Source: an uncultured Pelagibacteraceae bacterium
GTDB taxonomy: Bacteria > Pseudomonadota > Alphaproteobacteria > Pelagibacterales > Pelagibacteraceae
DNA length: 64,000 bases
Direction of reading: 5' to 3'
NCBI GenBank assembly: GCA_902532195.1
Contig: CACAHE010000001.1
Span: 48,521-112,520 of the forward strand
Shown: positions 8,225 to 18,437 of the stretch, in pieces
How positions within the stretch are numbered: position 1 is the stretch's first letter
Layout of the letters: every line of letters starts with the position of its first letter
The notes under the pieces: model-generated
What the model saw: the letters and a program-made list of their open reading frames with translations, nothing else
Told to the model about the DNA's origin: nothing
Databases searched by the model: none
Position numbers and translations under genes: made by a program

Positions 8225-10621
8225 ATGGAGTTTAAAAAAATCCATTTAAATGGATTTAAATCATTTGCTGAAAAAACAAATTTTCTCATAGAGGAAGGCT
8301 TGACTGGAATTGTTGGACCTAATGGTTGTGGAAAATCAAATATAGTGGAGTCTCTTAGATGGTGTATGGGAGAAACTTCTGCAAAAAGTATGCGTGGCTC
8401 TGGCATGGAAGATGTTATTTTTTCTGGAACATCAAATAAACCATCAAAAAATATTGCTGAAGTTTCGATTAATCTATCAAACAAAAATAAAGATGGGCCA
8501 TATCAGTATAAAGAATTAGATGAAATAGAAATTAAAAGAAAAATTGAAAAAGACAAAGGTTCAAAATTTTATATTAATGATAAAGAAGTACGAGCCAAAG
8601 ATGCTCAAATGTTTTTTGCCGATTTGTCCACAGGTGCTCATTCACCATCTATAATAAGCCAAGGAAGAATTGGGTCACTTGTAACAGCAAAACCTACAGA
8701 CAGAAGAGCAATTTTAGAAGAGGCCGCAGGAATAGCTGGATTACATGTTAGGAGACATGAAGCAGAATTAAGACTTGGTGCGGCAGAAAACAATTTAAAA
8801 AGAGCGGATGAGTTAAGAAAACAGCAAGAAAAACAATTAATTAATCTTCAAAAACAAGCGGAAGAGGCAACAAAATATAAATTAGTATCTGAAGAAATAA
8901 AGAAAATTGAAGCTGGCTTATATTATCTTAGATTACAAGATATTGATAAGGAAATTAAATTAGAAAATGAAATAAATTCTGAAGCAGAAAATGAAGTAAA
9001 AAAATTTAATGAAAAATTTGAAATCATTGAAAAAAAAATTAAAGAAGAAAATGAAAAAGTTGATCCAATAAGGAATAAAAATATTGAGAATCTGTCAAAA
9101 ATTCAAAGACTAAATTTAGAACTTAAAAGCCTCGATGAAGAAAGCGATAGAATTAAAACTGAAATTGAAAATATAAAAAATTCTTTAAAAACAATAGGTG
9201 ACGACGTAGATAGAGAAAAAAGTATTGTTATAGATGCAAATTCAAACGAAAAAAGACTTAAAGAAGAAAAGCATGAATTAATTGAAATTGACTCAAAATA
9301 TTATGAAACTGAAAAACAATCTAACGAAGACCTTGAGGCTACTAAAAGTAGACTAAAACTTGAAATAGACAAAGTCAAAGAATTAATAAATTCTGGTAAA
9401 AATGATGAAGCAATAACTATTCTTGATAATTGTAAAATAATTATTGAAGCTTATGCAGATAGTTACAGTAAAAATCAAAGTATAAAAAAAGAGTCTGTAA
9501 AAAGAAATGAAAGAATAAAGACTATAGATAAAGAAATTGAAAGTTGGAAAAATCTTTTAATAAATTCTGAAAAAATGATCAATGAACTCAATGATAGAAA
9601 GAAAAAACAAGCAAATAAACTTTCAGAATTGGAAAATCAACCACAAACTCAAGCGGAAAAAAAAGGTCAAATTTCAGAAAATTTAAGACTTTCAGAAAAA
9701 GAAAAAGATGAGAATGAGTTAATAATAGATGAAATTGATAATAAAATTAATGAGCTTAGGAAAGAACTAGACTTAACAAAGGAAAGTTCTATTGAAATAA
9801 GAGAAAGAAAAGCAAGTTCTGGTGCAACAATCGATGGATTAAACAAAAGAAAAGATGATTTACTAGATAGAATTCAAACAGAACTTGCACTAAATGAAAA
9901 AAATATTCTTGAATTTTCTAATTTAGAAGAAAATGAAGAATTTCCAGACTCAGTAACTCAAGAAGAATTATTAGATGAAAAAAAAAGAAACAGAGATAAA
10001 CTTGGTTCGGTCAATCTAAGGGCTGATGAAGAAACAACGAAATATGAAACTGAAATAAAAAAAATGGAACAGGATAGGCAAGACTTGGTTACTGCAATTA
10101 TTAAACTTAAAGAAAGTATAACTGAATTAAATCAAAAAGGACGTGAACGACTGTTGGAAGCATTTGAAAAAGTAAATAGAAAATTTAATGAAGTATACAC
10201 AAAACTATTTAATGGAGGTAATGCAAAATTAGAATTGGTTGACTCTGACGATCCTCTTGATGCAGGACTTGAAATGTTAGTTAGCCCACCTGGAAAAAGA
10301 CTTCAATCAATTACACTTTTATCAGGTGGTGAACAAGCGCTAACGGCTTTATCTTTAATATTTGCAGTTTTTCTTACTAATCCTGCTCCAATATGTGTTC
10401 TTGATGAGGTAGATGCACCACTTGATGATGCAAACGTAACAAGATTTTGCAATTTGTTGGAAGAATTAACAAAAATTACTACAACAAGATTTATAATTGT
10501 GACCCACCATGCTCTTACAATGTCAAAAATGAATAGGCTTTATGGTGTTACGATGCCTGAAAAGGGTATCAGTCAACTAGTAGCTGTTGATTTACAAAAA
10601 GCTGAAAGCATGGTTGCTTAA
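8225..10621 (+). CDS. smc: Chromosome segregation protein SMC (short form)
   Basis: GFKSFA, Walker A GPNGCGKSN, SMRGSGMEDVIF, LSGGEQ signature, VLDEVDAPLDD, long coiled coils. Confidence 0.92.
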   Translation: MEFKKIHLNGFKSFAEKTNFLIEEGLTGIVGPNGCGKSNIVESLRWCMGETSAKSMRGSGMEDVIFSGTSNKPSKNIAEVSINLSNKNKDGPYQYKELDEIEIKRKIEKDKGSKFYINDKEVRAKDAQMFFADLSTGAHSPSIISQGRIGSLVTAKPTDRRAILEEAAGIAGLHVRRHEAELRLGAAENNLKRADELRKQQEKQLINLQKQAEEATKYKLVSEEIKKIEAGLYYLRLQDIDKEIKLENEINSEAENEVKKFNEKFEIIEKKIKEENEKVDPIRNKNIENLSKIQRLNLELKSLDEESDRIKTEIENIKNSLKTIGDDVDREKSIVIDANSNEKRLKEEKHELIEIDSKYYETEKQSNEDLEATKSRLKLEIDKVKELINSGKNDEAITILDNCKIIIEAYADSYSKNQSIKKESVKRNERIKTIDKEIESWKNLLINSEKMINELNDRKKKQANKLSELENQPQTQAEKKGQISENLRLSEKEKDENELIIDEIDNKINELRKELDLTKESSIEIRERKASSGATIDGLNKRKDDLLDRIQTELALNEKNILEFSNLEENEEFPDSVTQEELLDEKKRNRDKLGSVNLRADEETTKYETEIKKMEQDRQDLVTAIIKLKESITELNQKGRERLLEAFEKVNRKFNEVYTKLFNGGNAKLELVDSDDPLDAGLEMLVSPPGKRLQSITLLSGGEQALTALSLIFAVFLTNPAPICVLDEVDAPLDDANVTRFCNLLEELTKITTTRFIIVTHHALTMSKMNRLYGVTMPEKGISQLVAVDLQKAESMVA

Positions 10622-10626
10622 ATTTA

Positions 10627-10902
10627 ATGTCAGGGGACCAGTTTAAAACTCGCCTTAAAATTGCAAAAGATAAAATAAGTCGAAAAAATTCACAAAAAAA
10701 AGTAGAGCCTAAGTCAAATATAGGCACAGCATTTAAAATGAGCACTGAGTTAGTGTCCGCTGTGGTAGTTGGGACAATTATTGGGTTTATTTTAGACAAT
10801 TGGTTTGGTACTAAACCTTGGTTAATTTTAATATTTTTTTTTGTAGGCGTAATTGCTGGAATAATGAATGTAGTAAAATCTGCAAAAAAAATGCAAAAGT
10901 AG
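10627..10902 (+). CDS. atpI: ATP synthase AtpZ/AtpI-family protein
   Basis: Two TM helices with LDNWFGTKPW; first gene of the F0 cluster. Confidence 0.85.
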   Translation: MSGDQFKTRLKIAKDKISRKNSQKKVEPKSNIGTAFKMSTELVSAVVVGTIIGFILDNWFGTKPWLILIFFFVGVIAGIMNVVKSAKKMQK

Positions 10903-10911
10903 AATGTAAAA

Positions 10912-11646
10912 ATGGCAGCAAATCCAATGCACCAATTTAATGTTTATCGAATTGGTCCAGAAATAAAATTAGGTGAGGTAGATATATCTTTTACCAACGC
11001 AAGTCTGTTTATGTTAATAAGTTCAATAGCAATATTATTAATATTTAATATTGGATCTAAAAAAAAAGCATTAATTCCTGATAAGATGCAACTGCTTGCT
11101 GAATTAAGCTACTCATTTATATCTAAAATGATTAGTGATACAGCTGGATCAAAAGCTAAACCTTATTTCTCATTTATATTTTCGCTATTTATGTTTGTTT
11201 TATTTTGCAACATGTTTGGAATGATTCCCTACTCTTTTACAGTTACAAGTCATATAATAGTAACTTTCGTACTTGCGGCATTTATATTTATTGGTGTTAC
11301 AATTATTGGTTTTATTAAACATGGTTTTGGCTATTTAAAATTGTTTGTTCCAAGCGGTGTTCCAATGGTTTTACTTCCATTAATTGTAATAATAGAAATA
11401 ATATCATATTTAAGTAGGCCGATAAGTTTGTCAGTAAGATTATTTGCAAATATGATGGCGGGTCATACTATGATGAAAGTATTCGGAGGCTTTGTTGTAA
11501 GCCTGGGAATAATTGGTGGATGGCTTCCACTAAGTTTTTCTGTTGCATTAACAGGTTTGGAGATATTAGTTGCTTTTCTTCAAGCTTATGTTTTTGCAAT
11601 TTTAACATGCATTTATTTAAATGATGCATTAAATTTACACCATTAA
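10912..11646 (+). CDS. atpB: F0 ATP synthase subunit a
   Basis: NPMHQF, RPISLSVRLFANMMAGH, LQAYVF. Confidence 0.97.
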   Translation: MAANPMHQFNVYRIGPEIKLGEVDISFTNASLFMLISSIAILLIFNIGSKKKALIPDKMQLLAELSYSFISKMISDTAGSKAKPYFSFIFSLFMFVLFCNMFGMIPYSFTVTSHIIVTFVLAAFIFIGVTIIGFIKHGFGYLKLFVPSGVPMVLLPLIVIIEIISYLSRPISLSVRLFANMMAGHTMMKVFGGFVVSLGIIGGWLPLSFSVALTGLEILVAFLQAYVFAILTCIYLNDALNLHH

Positions 11647-11662
11647 AAAAAAGGAGGATAAA

Positions 11663-11890
11663 ATGGAACTAGAAGCAGCAAAAATGATCGGAGCAGGTTT
11701 GGCAGCTATAGCGTTAGCCGGAGCTGGTGTTGGAATTGGAATTATATTTGGTAATTACCTTTCTGGTGCGATGAGAAATCCGTCTGCAGCTCAAAAACAA
11801 TTTCCAAATTTACTTTTGGGATTTGCTCTAGCAGAAGCGACGGGATTATTTGGACTAGTTGTGGCTTTAATAATATTATTTGCATTTTAA
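11663..11890 (+). CDS. atpE: F0 ATP synthase subunit c
   Basis: GAGVGIG, RNP loop, FALAEA; strong RBS AGGAGG. Confidence 0.97.
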   Translation: MELEAAKMIGAGLAAIALAGAGVGIGIIFGNYLSGAMRNPSAAQKQFPNLLLGFALAEATGLFGLVVALIILFAF

Positions 11891-11893
11891 TTA

Positions 11894-12484
11894 ATGTTAA
11901 AAAAAATATTCTTAAAAATTTTTTTCTTCATCTTTGTGCTTATATCTTTAGCACAAAGTGCTGAAAGTGGAGGCATGCCACAGCTAAATCCTGAATATTG
12001 GATTTCACAAATATTTTGGCTAGTTCTCACGTTTGGAGGAATGTTTGTTGTTCTGTCTAAAATTGTATTGCCAAAAATTAGCAAGAATATTGAAACTAGA
12101 AAATCTCAAATATTAGAGAATATAGAAATTGCAGAAAAACAAAGAGAAGAAACAGAAGTTAAGATTAAAGAATACGAAAAAATTATCTTAGATAGTAAAA
12201 ATAATGCTAAAAACTATTTTAATGATGCCAGAATAAAAGTTGTAGAAAATATTAATCAAAAAAGAGAGTCTTTAGAAAAAGAAATTGATAAAGAAATTGA
12301 ATCTGCAGAAAAAGAAATAAGCGACCTTAAAAATAATTCCCGAGAAAAAATTAATAAAATTGCTATTGAAACTTCCTCAGACATAGTTAAACAATTAATT
12401 AATGCTGACGTTAATAGTAGTAGCATATCGGCAATAGTTGAGGATCTTTCAAAAAAAAATAAGGATAAATATAATGAAATTTGA
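11894..12484 (+). CDS. F0 ATP synthase subunit b'
   Basis: GMPQL...SQIFWL TM followed by coiled coil. Confidence 0.9.
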   Translation: MLKKIFLKIFFFIFVLISLAQSAESGGMPQLNPEYWISQIFWLVLTFGGMFVVLSKIVLPKISKNIETRKSQILENIEIAEKQREETEVKIKEYEKIILDSKNNAKNYFNDARIKVVENINQKRESLEKEIDKEIESAEKEISDLKNNSREKINKIAIETSSDIVKQLINADVNSSSISAIVEDLSKKNKDKYNEI

Positions 12485-12971
12485 TGCAACATTTTGGGTG
12501 GCAATATCATTTATAATTTTTTTTGCTGGTCTAGTTTATCTAAAAATTCCACAAAAAATAATTCAACTTTTGGATAAAATGATTGCAGATATTAAAAATG
12601 AAATTAGTGAAAGTGAAAAATTGAGATCAGAGTCAAAAGCTTTATTAGATAATGCTCAAAATAAACTGGACACTGCTAAAAATGAAAGTAAAAAAATTCT
12701 TGATCAAGCAAAAGAGGATAGTGAAAAGTTAGTTATAGAATTAAATGATAGATTTCACAAATCTGCTGAAATTAAAAAAAATTCAGCAACAAAGAAAATT
12801 TCTCAAATGAAAGATTCGGCAATAAAGGAAATAAAGAATACCTCTATAAAATTAGCAATAGATTCTGTTAAAAAAATTATTTCTACATCGGTAGATAAAT
12901 CAAAACTAGACAACTTATTTGAAAAAAATCTCGAAGAAACAAAAACTGAATTAAAAAAGATTAATTCTTAG
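12474..12971 (+). CDS. atpF: F0 ATP synthase subunit b
   Basis: DATFWVAISF TM plus coiled coil; ATG at 12474. Confidence 0.9.
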   Translation: MKFDATFWVAISFIIFFAGLVYLKIPQKIIQLLDKMIADIKNEISESEKLRSESKALLDNAQNKLDTAKNESKKILDQAKEDSEKLVIELNDRFHKSAEIKKNSATKKISQMKDSAIKEIKNTSIKLAIDSVKKIISTSVDKSKLDNLFEKNLEETKTELKKINS

Positions 12972-13022
12972 TATAAAATATATTTCAGTTACTTTTTATA
13001 AAAATAATATAAATTAACTTTT

Positions 13023-14480
13023 ATGAATTCTTTAGTTATAGGATCGGGTTTTGGTGGTATAGCAGCAGCGCTTAGACTTAGAGCTAAGAATCATAAAGTT
13101 ACTCTAATAGAAAAACACTCTGATCTTGGCGGAAGAGCAAGGGTATTTAAAAAAAATGGTTTTATTTTTGATGGTGGCCCTACTGTAATTACAGCACCTT
13201 ATCTGATTTATGAACTCTTTGAACTTTTTAATAAAAAACCTCAAGATTATATTGAAATTAAACCTATTGATACTTGGTATAGATTTATTTTTGAAGACGG
13301 AAAGGAGTTTGATTATTCAGGAAATGAAAAATTAATGAAAGATCAAATAAAAAAAATAAGTGAAAAAGATGTTAAGGGTTATGAAAATTTAGTTAGTTTT
13401 ACTAAAAAAATTTTTGACAAAGGTTTTACAGAATTATCAGATGTTCCATTTAATAAATCTTTTTTTATGCTAAAACAGATACCTGCTTTATTAAAATTAA
13501 AAAGCTATAAATCAGTTTATTCTTTAGTTTCATCTTTTGTCAAAAACGAAAAATTAAGAAGAATATTAAGTATGCATCCGTTATTGGTTGGGGGTAATCC
13601 TTTTACAACAACTTCAATATATGGATTAATACTATATTTGGAAAAAAAATGGGGTGTTCATTATTCTATGGGTGGAACTGGGAATATTATTAAAGGTCTA
13701 GAAAAATTAATGATAGAAGAAAATATAGAAATAATAAAAGGTTCTGAAGTTACAAATATAAATTCCAAGAAAGGAAAAATTAAGAGTGTAAAATTGCAAA
13801 ATCAGTCAGAAATAATGGCTGATAATGTTATTTGTAATGCAGATCCACCTTCAGTTTATGAGAAATTAATAAATAATAAAAAAACAAATGTCTTTTTTAA
13901 TTGGAAAAAAAAAAGAATGGAATATTCCATGGGTTTATTTGTTTATTATTTTGGAACAAAAAAAGTGTATGAAAAAGTAGCACACCATACAATAAAGTTT
14001 GGAGACAAATATAAGGAACATTTGGATGATATTTTTAAAAAAAAAAAATTAAATGATGATATAAGTTATTATTTACATAGACCATCTGCAACAGATAAAT
14101 CAATGGCTCCTGAAGGACATGATTGTTTTTATGTTTTAGTTCCTGTTCCAAATAACCAATCTGGTATTGACTGGTCTATTGAAGGAGATAAAATTAAAAA
14201 TTTAGTTATAAGTAAAATGGAAAAAAATTTATTGCCTAATCTAAGAGATAATATAGTTGAAGATTTTTACTTAACTCCCGATTATTTTGAAAAAGAATTA
14301 AATACAAAACATGGCTCTGGTTTTTCAGTGCAGCCAAAATTAACACAGTCTGCTTATTTTAGATTTCATAATAAATCTGAAATTTTAGATGGCCTTTATT
14401 TTGTTGGAGCAGGTACTCACCCAGGAGCAGGCATCCCTGGTGTTCTTTCGTCTGCTAAAGTATTGGATAAAATAATTTAA
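13023..14480 (+). CDS. crtI: Phytoene desaturase
   Basis: VIGSGFGG, FDGGPTVIT, QSAYFRFHN, GAGTHPGAGIPGVLSSAK. Confidence 0.95.
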   Translation: MNSLVIGSGFGGIAAALRLRAKNHKVTLIEKHSDLGGRARVFKKNGFIFDGGPTVITAPYLIYELFELFNKKPQDYIEIKPIDTWYRFIFEDGKEFDYSGNEKLMKDQIKKISEKDVKGYENLVSFTKKIFDKGFTELSDVPFNKSFFMLKQIPALLKLKSYKSVYSLVSSFVKNEKLRRILSMHPLLVGGNPFTTTSIYGLILYLEKKWGVHYSMGGTGNIIKGLEKLMIEENIEIIKGSEVTNINSKKGKIKSVKLQNQSEIMADNVICNADPPSVYEKLINNKKTNVFFNWKKKRMEYSMGLFVYYFGTKKVYEKVAHHTIKFGDKYKEHLDDIFKKKKLNDDISYYLHRPSATDKSMAPEGHDCFYVLVPVPNNQSGIDWSIEGDKIKNLVISKMEKNLLPNLRDNIVEDFYLTPDYFEKELNTKHGSGFSVQPKLTQSAYFRFHNKSEILDGLYFVGAGTHPGAGIPGVLSSAKVLDKII

Positions 14481-15370
14481 TGACTAACAAAAACTATCTA
14501 GCTGATTATGCTAAATCTTTCAATTGGGCAGGATTTTTTTTACCAAAAATAATTTATAATGATTGCTCCAAACTATATTCGTTTTGTAGAGTATTAGATG
14601 ACATTGTGGATGGAAAATCTAACTTAGAATTAAAAATAAAGAGAATTAGTGAAATTAAAAATATTCTCAATAAAACTTATGAACTAGATAATCATGACAG
14701 AAATACATTAGATCAAAAGGAATATGAAATAATTATCAAAGATGTGATTGCCCTTGCAGAGAATAATAATATTAAACGAATTATTTTAGATGATTTAATT
14801 GTGGGTGTTAGTTCAGATTTAAAACCGAAAGTTTATTTAAGATCAGTAAAAGATATATTGGTCTACTCATATAGAGTAGCTGGAACAGTTGGTTTAATGA
14901 TGGCTAAAATACTAAATGTAAATGATACGAGATCTTTAAAGGGAGCTATAGATTTGGGTATTGCAATGCAACTTACAAATATAGCAAGAGATGTAATTGA
15001 AGATAAAAAAATGAACAGACAATATATTAAACCTGATTTTGAAAATATTGAAGCAACGTTGACTCTGGCGGATATGTTTTATGAAAGTTCATTTACTTCA
15101 ATAAAGAAAATTCCATTTAAATATAGGTTTGCAATAATTGTAGCCAGAAGAGTTTACCGACAAATTGGAAGAAAGATTATACAAAAAAGAAATATGGAGA
15201 ATTATGAAAAATCAGGAAAAATTTATGTTAATAATTTTGGAAAAATATATCAAACAATTCTATCTTTATTTGATTTAATATTTCTTTATTTAAAAGATAT
15301 AGAGTCTCATCAAAGAATTAAAGAGCATGAAATTATAAGAAAAGAAGTAAATTTAGATGAAAGAATTTGA
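14480..15370 (+). CDS. crtB: Phytoene synthase
   Basis: YSFCRVLDDIVD, YRVAGTVG, LGIAMQLTNIARDVIED. Confidence 0.93.
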   Translation: MTNKNYLADYAKSFNWAGFFLPKIIYNDCSKLYSFCRVLDDIVDGKSNLELKIKRISEIKNILNKTYELDNHDRNTLDQKEYEIIIKDVIALAENNNIKRIILDDLIVGVSSDLKPKVYLRSVKDILVYSYRVAGTVGLMMAKILNVNDTRSLKGAIDLGIAMQLTNIARDVIEDKKMNRQYIKPDFENIEATLTLADMFYESSFTSIKKIPFKYRFAIIVARRVYRQIGRKIIQKRNMENYEKSGKIYVNNFGKIYQTILSLFDLIFLYLKDIESHQRIKEHEIIRKEVNLDERI

Positions 15371-16613
15371 TTATATCATTATAGGTGGTGGATGTGCAGG
15401 ACTTTCATTGGCTTATGAGCTTGAAATCCATAAAAAATTAAAAAATAAGACTTTGGCAATTATTGAGCCAAGAACAGAATATAAGAGAGATAAAATGTGG
15501 TCCTTCTGGAAAGTTATTTCTCATAATTTTGAAGATTGTGTAAAAAAAAGTTGGGACTCGTTTTATGTCGGAGATGGTGAAAAAAGAACCCACCATTCTG
15601 GTAAATATCCATATCAGACTATAGATAGCGGTCTTTTTTATAAAAAAATATTAAATACATTAAAAAAAAATAAAAATATTCGTTTTTTTAAAAACATTAA
15701 AGAAATAAAAACGACTAACTCATTTATTTTTAATAGTGTTCCTAAATTAAAAAAATTTAATAAAGACAGTAAAAATTATTGGCAACATTTTTATGGAATT
15801 GAAATAGAAACTAAAAAAAAAATAATAGATGATTACACATACGATGGTGACGTAATTAACCCTGAAGATGTAGGATTAATGAGTTTCAATAGTATGCCCA
15901 GACCTTGGATAAATTTTATTTACATATTGCCTTTTACTGAAAAAAAAGTTTTTTTCGAAACAACTTGGATCACTAAAGGAAATAGAAGTATACCCCCATA
16001 TGAACATCAAATAGTAGGGCAGTTACAGTCATGGAATATTGTAAGATACGATACGTTCAAAGGTAACTTTCCTAAAGATGATAAAAAAATAGATAGACGT
16101 ATAAATAAAATAATGGAAGGAAGAGGAAGCGGTAAATTTGTAAAAAATCCATTTAAAGTAAATTACAAAGAACATGGAGCTATACCACTATTTCATCCAG
16201 CTTATGAAAAAAAAGAAAATCAAATTAATATAGGAACAGCTGGACATATGACTCGCTTAAGTACTGGGTATACATTTTTAAATATTCAAGAACACAGTAA
16301 ATATATTCGTGAAAATATTGAAAATATTAGGAATGTAGAATTATTTAAACAAGATAAAAAATATTTATTTTACGACAAACTATTCATGAAAGTTTTGGAA
16401 CTTAAAGAAGTAGCATTTGCTAATGAAATTAGAAGAGACGATTATTTAAGTAGATATAATAATCGTATACAAAATATATTTCTTAAAATGTTTAATAGCC
16501 CTTCGAACACCGTTATAAAATTTTTGTCAAATAAAAGTAATTTTATTGAAGATTTATCAATAATTTTAAAAATGCCAAAATGGACCTTTATAAAAGCACT
16601 TTTCAAATCATGA
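15357..16613 (+). CDS. crtY: Lycopene beta-cyclase
   Basis: DYIIIGGGCAGLSLA, WQHFYG, E.GAIP, IGTAG...RLSTGYTF; between crtB and blh. Confidence 0.85.
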   Translation: MKEFDYIIIGGGCAGLSLAYELEIHKKLKNKTLAIIEPRTEYKRDKMWSFWKVISHNFEDCVKKSWDSFYVGDGEKRTHHSGKYPYQTIDSGLFYKKILNTLKKNKNIRFFKNIKEIKTTNSFIFNSVPKLKKFNKDSKNYWQHFYGIEIETKKKIIDDYTYDGDVINPEDVGLMSFNSMPRPWINFIYILPFTEKKVFFETTWITKGNRSIPPYEHQIVGQLQSWNIVRYDTFKGNFPKDDKKIDRRINKIMEGRGSGKFVKNPFKVNYKEHGAIPLFHPAYEKKENQINIGTAGHMTRLSTGYTFLNIQEHSKYIRENIENIRNVELFKQDKKYLFYDKLFMKVLELKEVAFANEIRRDDYLSRYNNRIQNIFLKMFNSPSNTVIKFLSNKSNFIEDLSIILKMPKWTFIKALFKS

Positions 16614-17512
16614 AAATAAACTATTACCATTCATTAATTTTTTTTAATTTATGTATATTGTTGTCAGCATTTGAATTTTTAAGAGATAATAATTTATTTA
16701 TTTTATGTTTGTTTCTTATATTAAGTTTAGGAATTTCGCATGGGGCATTAGATCATATAAAAGGAAAAAAATTATTAATACTTCTAAATTATAAATCTAC
16801 CTCAACATTCTACATTTTATATATTTTTGTTGGATTGAGTGTAATTCTATTATGGTTGTTATTTTCTAAAATTTTATTATTAGTTTTTTTAATAGTTGCC
16901 TCATATCATTTTGGCAAAGAAGACTCGGAGTTTATAAAGAATAAATCTAATCTTGAATTAGTTTACTTTTTTAAAGGATCTCTGGTGATAACAGCTCCAT
17001 TATTATTTCATAAAACTGAAACTCTAAATATTTTCAATAATTTAAATTTTGATATTTCACAAAATTTATTTATCTCAGATGAGTTTCTATACATATTTAT
17101 AGCAATTAGTTTATTTGCAAATATTGTTATTTCATTAAATAAACAAATTGATATCAAATCACTACTATTGATGGATTTTATATCTATTCTTCTACTTAAC
17201 TATTTCTTTAATCCAATTTTGGCATTTACAATTTATTTTTGCTTTTTACATTCTGTTAGACATTCATTTAAATTGTCTTATGAGATAAATAAAAAAAATT
17301 TTATTAAAGGATTTAAAGAATTTTTACTAAAAGCAATGCCATTAACTATTTTAACTGCTATTTTATTCTTAATTTCTCTATTTTTTTTAAATAATTATTA
17401 CTTTTTAGATAATGCTATATCAAAAGTAATATTTATTGGTTTGGCGTCTTTAACCTTTCCACATATATTGCTGGAATATTTAATTGAAAAAAATGAAAAG
17501 CAAAGAAATTAA
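16610..17512 (+). CDS. blh: Beta-carotene 15,15'-dioxygenase (retinal forming)
   Basis: GISHGALD, YHFG, YFCFLHS.RH, LTFPH; ATGA overlap with crtY. Confidence 0.92.
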   Translation: MKINYYHSLIFFNLCILLSAFEFLRDNNLFILCLFLILSLGISHGALDHIKGKKLLILLNYKSTSTFYILYIFVGLSVILLWLLFSKILLLVFLIVASYHFGKEDSEFIKNKSNLELVYFFKGSLVITAPLLFHKTETLNIFNNLNFDISQNLFISDEFLYIFIAISLFANIVISLNKQIDIKSLLLMDFISILLLNYFFNPILAFTIYFCFLHSVRHSFKLSYEINKKNFIKGFKEFLLKAMPLTILTAILFLISLFFLNNYYFLDNAISKVIFIGLASLTFPHILLEYLIEKNEKQRN

Positions 17513-18437
17513 AATTTTACTTGCCGCCCCACGTGGGTTTTGTGCAGGCGTAGAGCGTGCTATAGAGATTGTAAAAAAAAGTATAAATAAATACGGAGCG
17601 CCAGTTTATGTCAGACACGAAATTGTTCACAATAAGCATGTGGTTGATAGTCTAAAAAAAATCGGTGCTATCTTTGTAGAAGAAATTGATGAAATAAAAG
17701 ATAAAACGAGACCAGTAATTTTTTCTGCTCATGGAGTGCCAAAGAAAGTTCCTGCCGAAGCAGAAAATTATAAAATAGAATATGTGGATGCAACATGTCC
17801 ACTTGTATCAAAAGTTCATAGAGAGGCTGAAAATTTAAATAAAAATGGATTACAAATTTTGTTAATTGGCCACAAAAATCATCCTGAAGTTATAGGAACC
17901 ATGGGTCAAATTCCTGAAGGTGAAATGGATCTTATTGAAAGTGTTGATGATGTTAATAATTATCAAAATAAATCTAAAAAAAAATTAGCTTTTGTTACCC
18001 AAACAACTCTCTCTGTTGATGATACGAAAGAAATAATATCAGCTTTAAAGAAAAAATTTCCTGAAATTAAAGAACCTAAAAAAGAAGATATTTGTTATGC
18101 AACGACAAATAGACAAGCTGCGGTAAAAAAAATTGCGAAAGAATGTGATATGTTTTTTGTAATTGGAAGCAGGAATTCATCAAACTCTTTAAGATTAGTG
18201 GAAGTTGCAAAAAATTCTGGATGTTCGAATTCAAGATTAATTCATTCTGAAAGCCCAGTACCTTTAGATGAAATTGAAAAATATAAAACTATAGGAATTT
18301 CATCAGGAGCTTCTGCGCCTGAAATATTAGTTGATAATTTTGTAAATAATTTAAGAAAAAAATTTACAGTAGCAATAGAAGAAATAGAAATAGTTAAGGA
18401 AAATATAACATTTAAAATTCCTGGAAAATTAAACTAG
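17493..18437 (+). CDS. ispH: 4-hydroxy-3-methylbut-2-enyl diphosphate reductase
   Basis: PRGFCAGVERAI, DATCPLV, ICYATTNRQ, NSSNS. Confidence 0.96.
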   Translation: MKSKEIKILLAAPRGFCAGVERAIEIVKKSINKYGAPVYVRHEIVHNKHVVDSLKKIGAIFVEEIDEIKDKTRPVIFSAHGVPKKVPAEAENYKIEYVDATCPLVSKVHREAENLNKNGLQILLIGHKNHPEVIGTMGQIPEGEMDLIESVDDVNNYQNKSKKKLAFVTQTTLSVDDTKEIISALKKKFPEIKEPKKEDICYATTNRQAAVKKIAKECDMFFVIGSRNSSNSLRLVEVAKNSGCSNSRLIHSESPVPLDEIEKYKTIGISSGASAPEILVDNFVNNLRKKFTVAIEEIEIVKENITFKIPGKLN

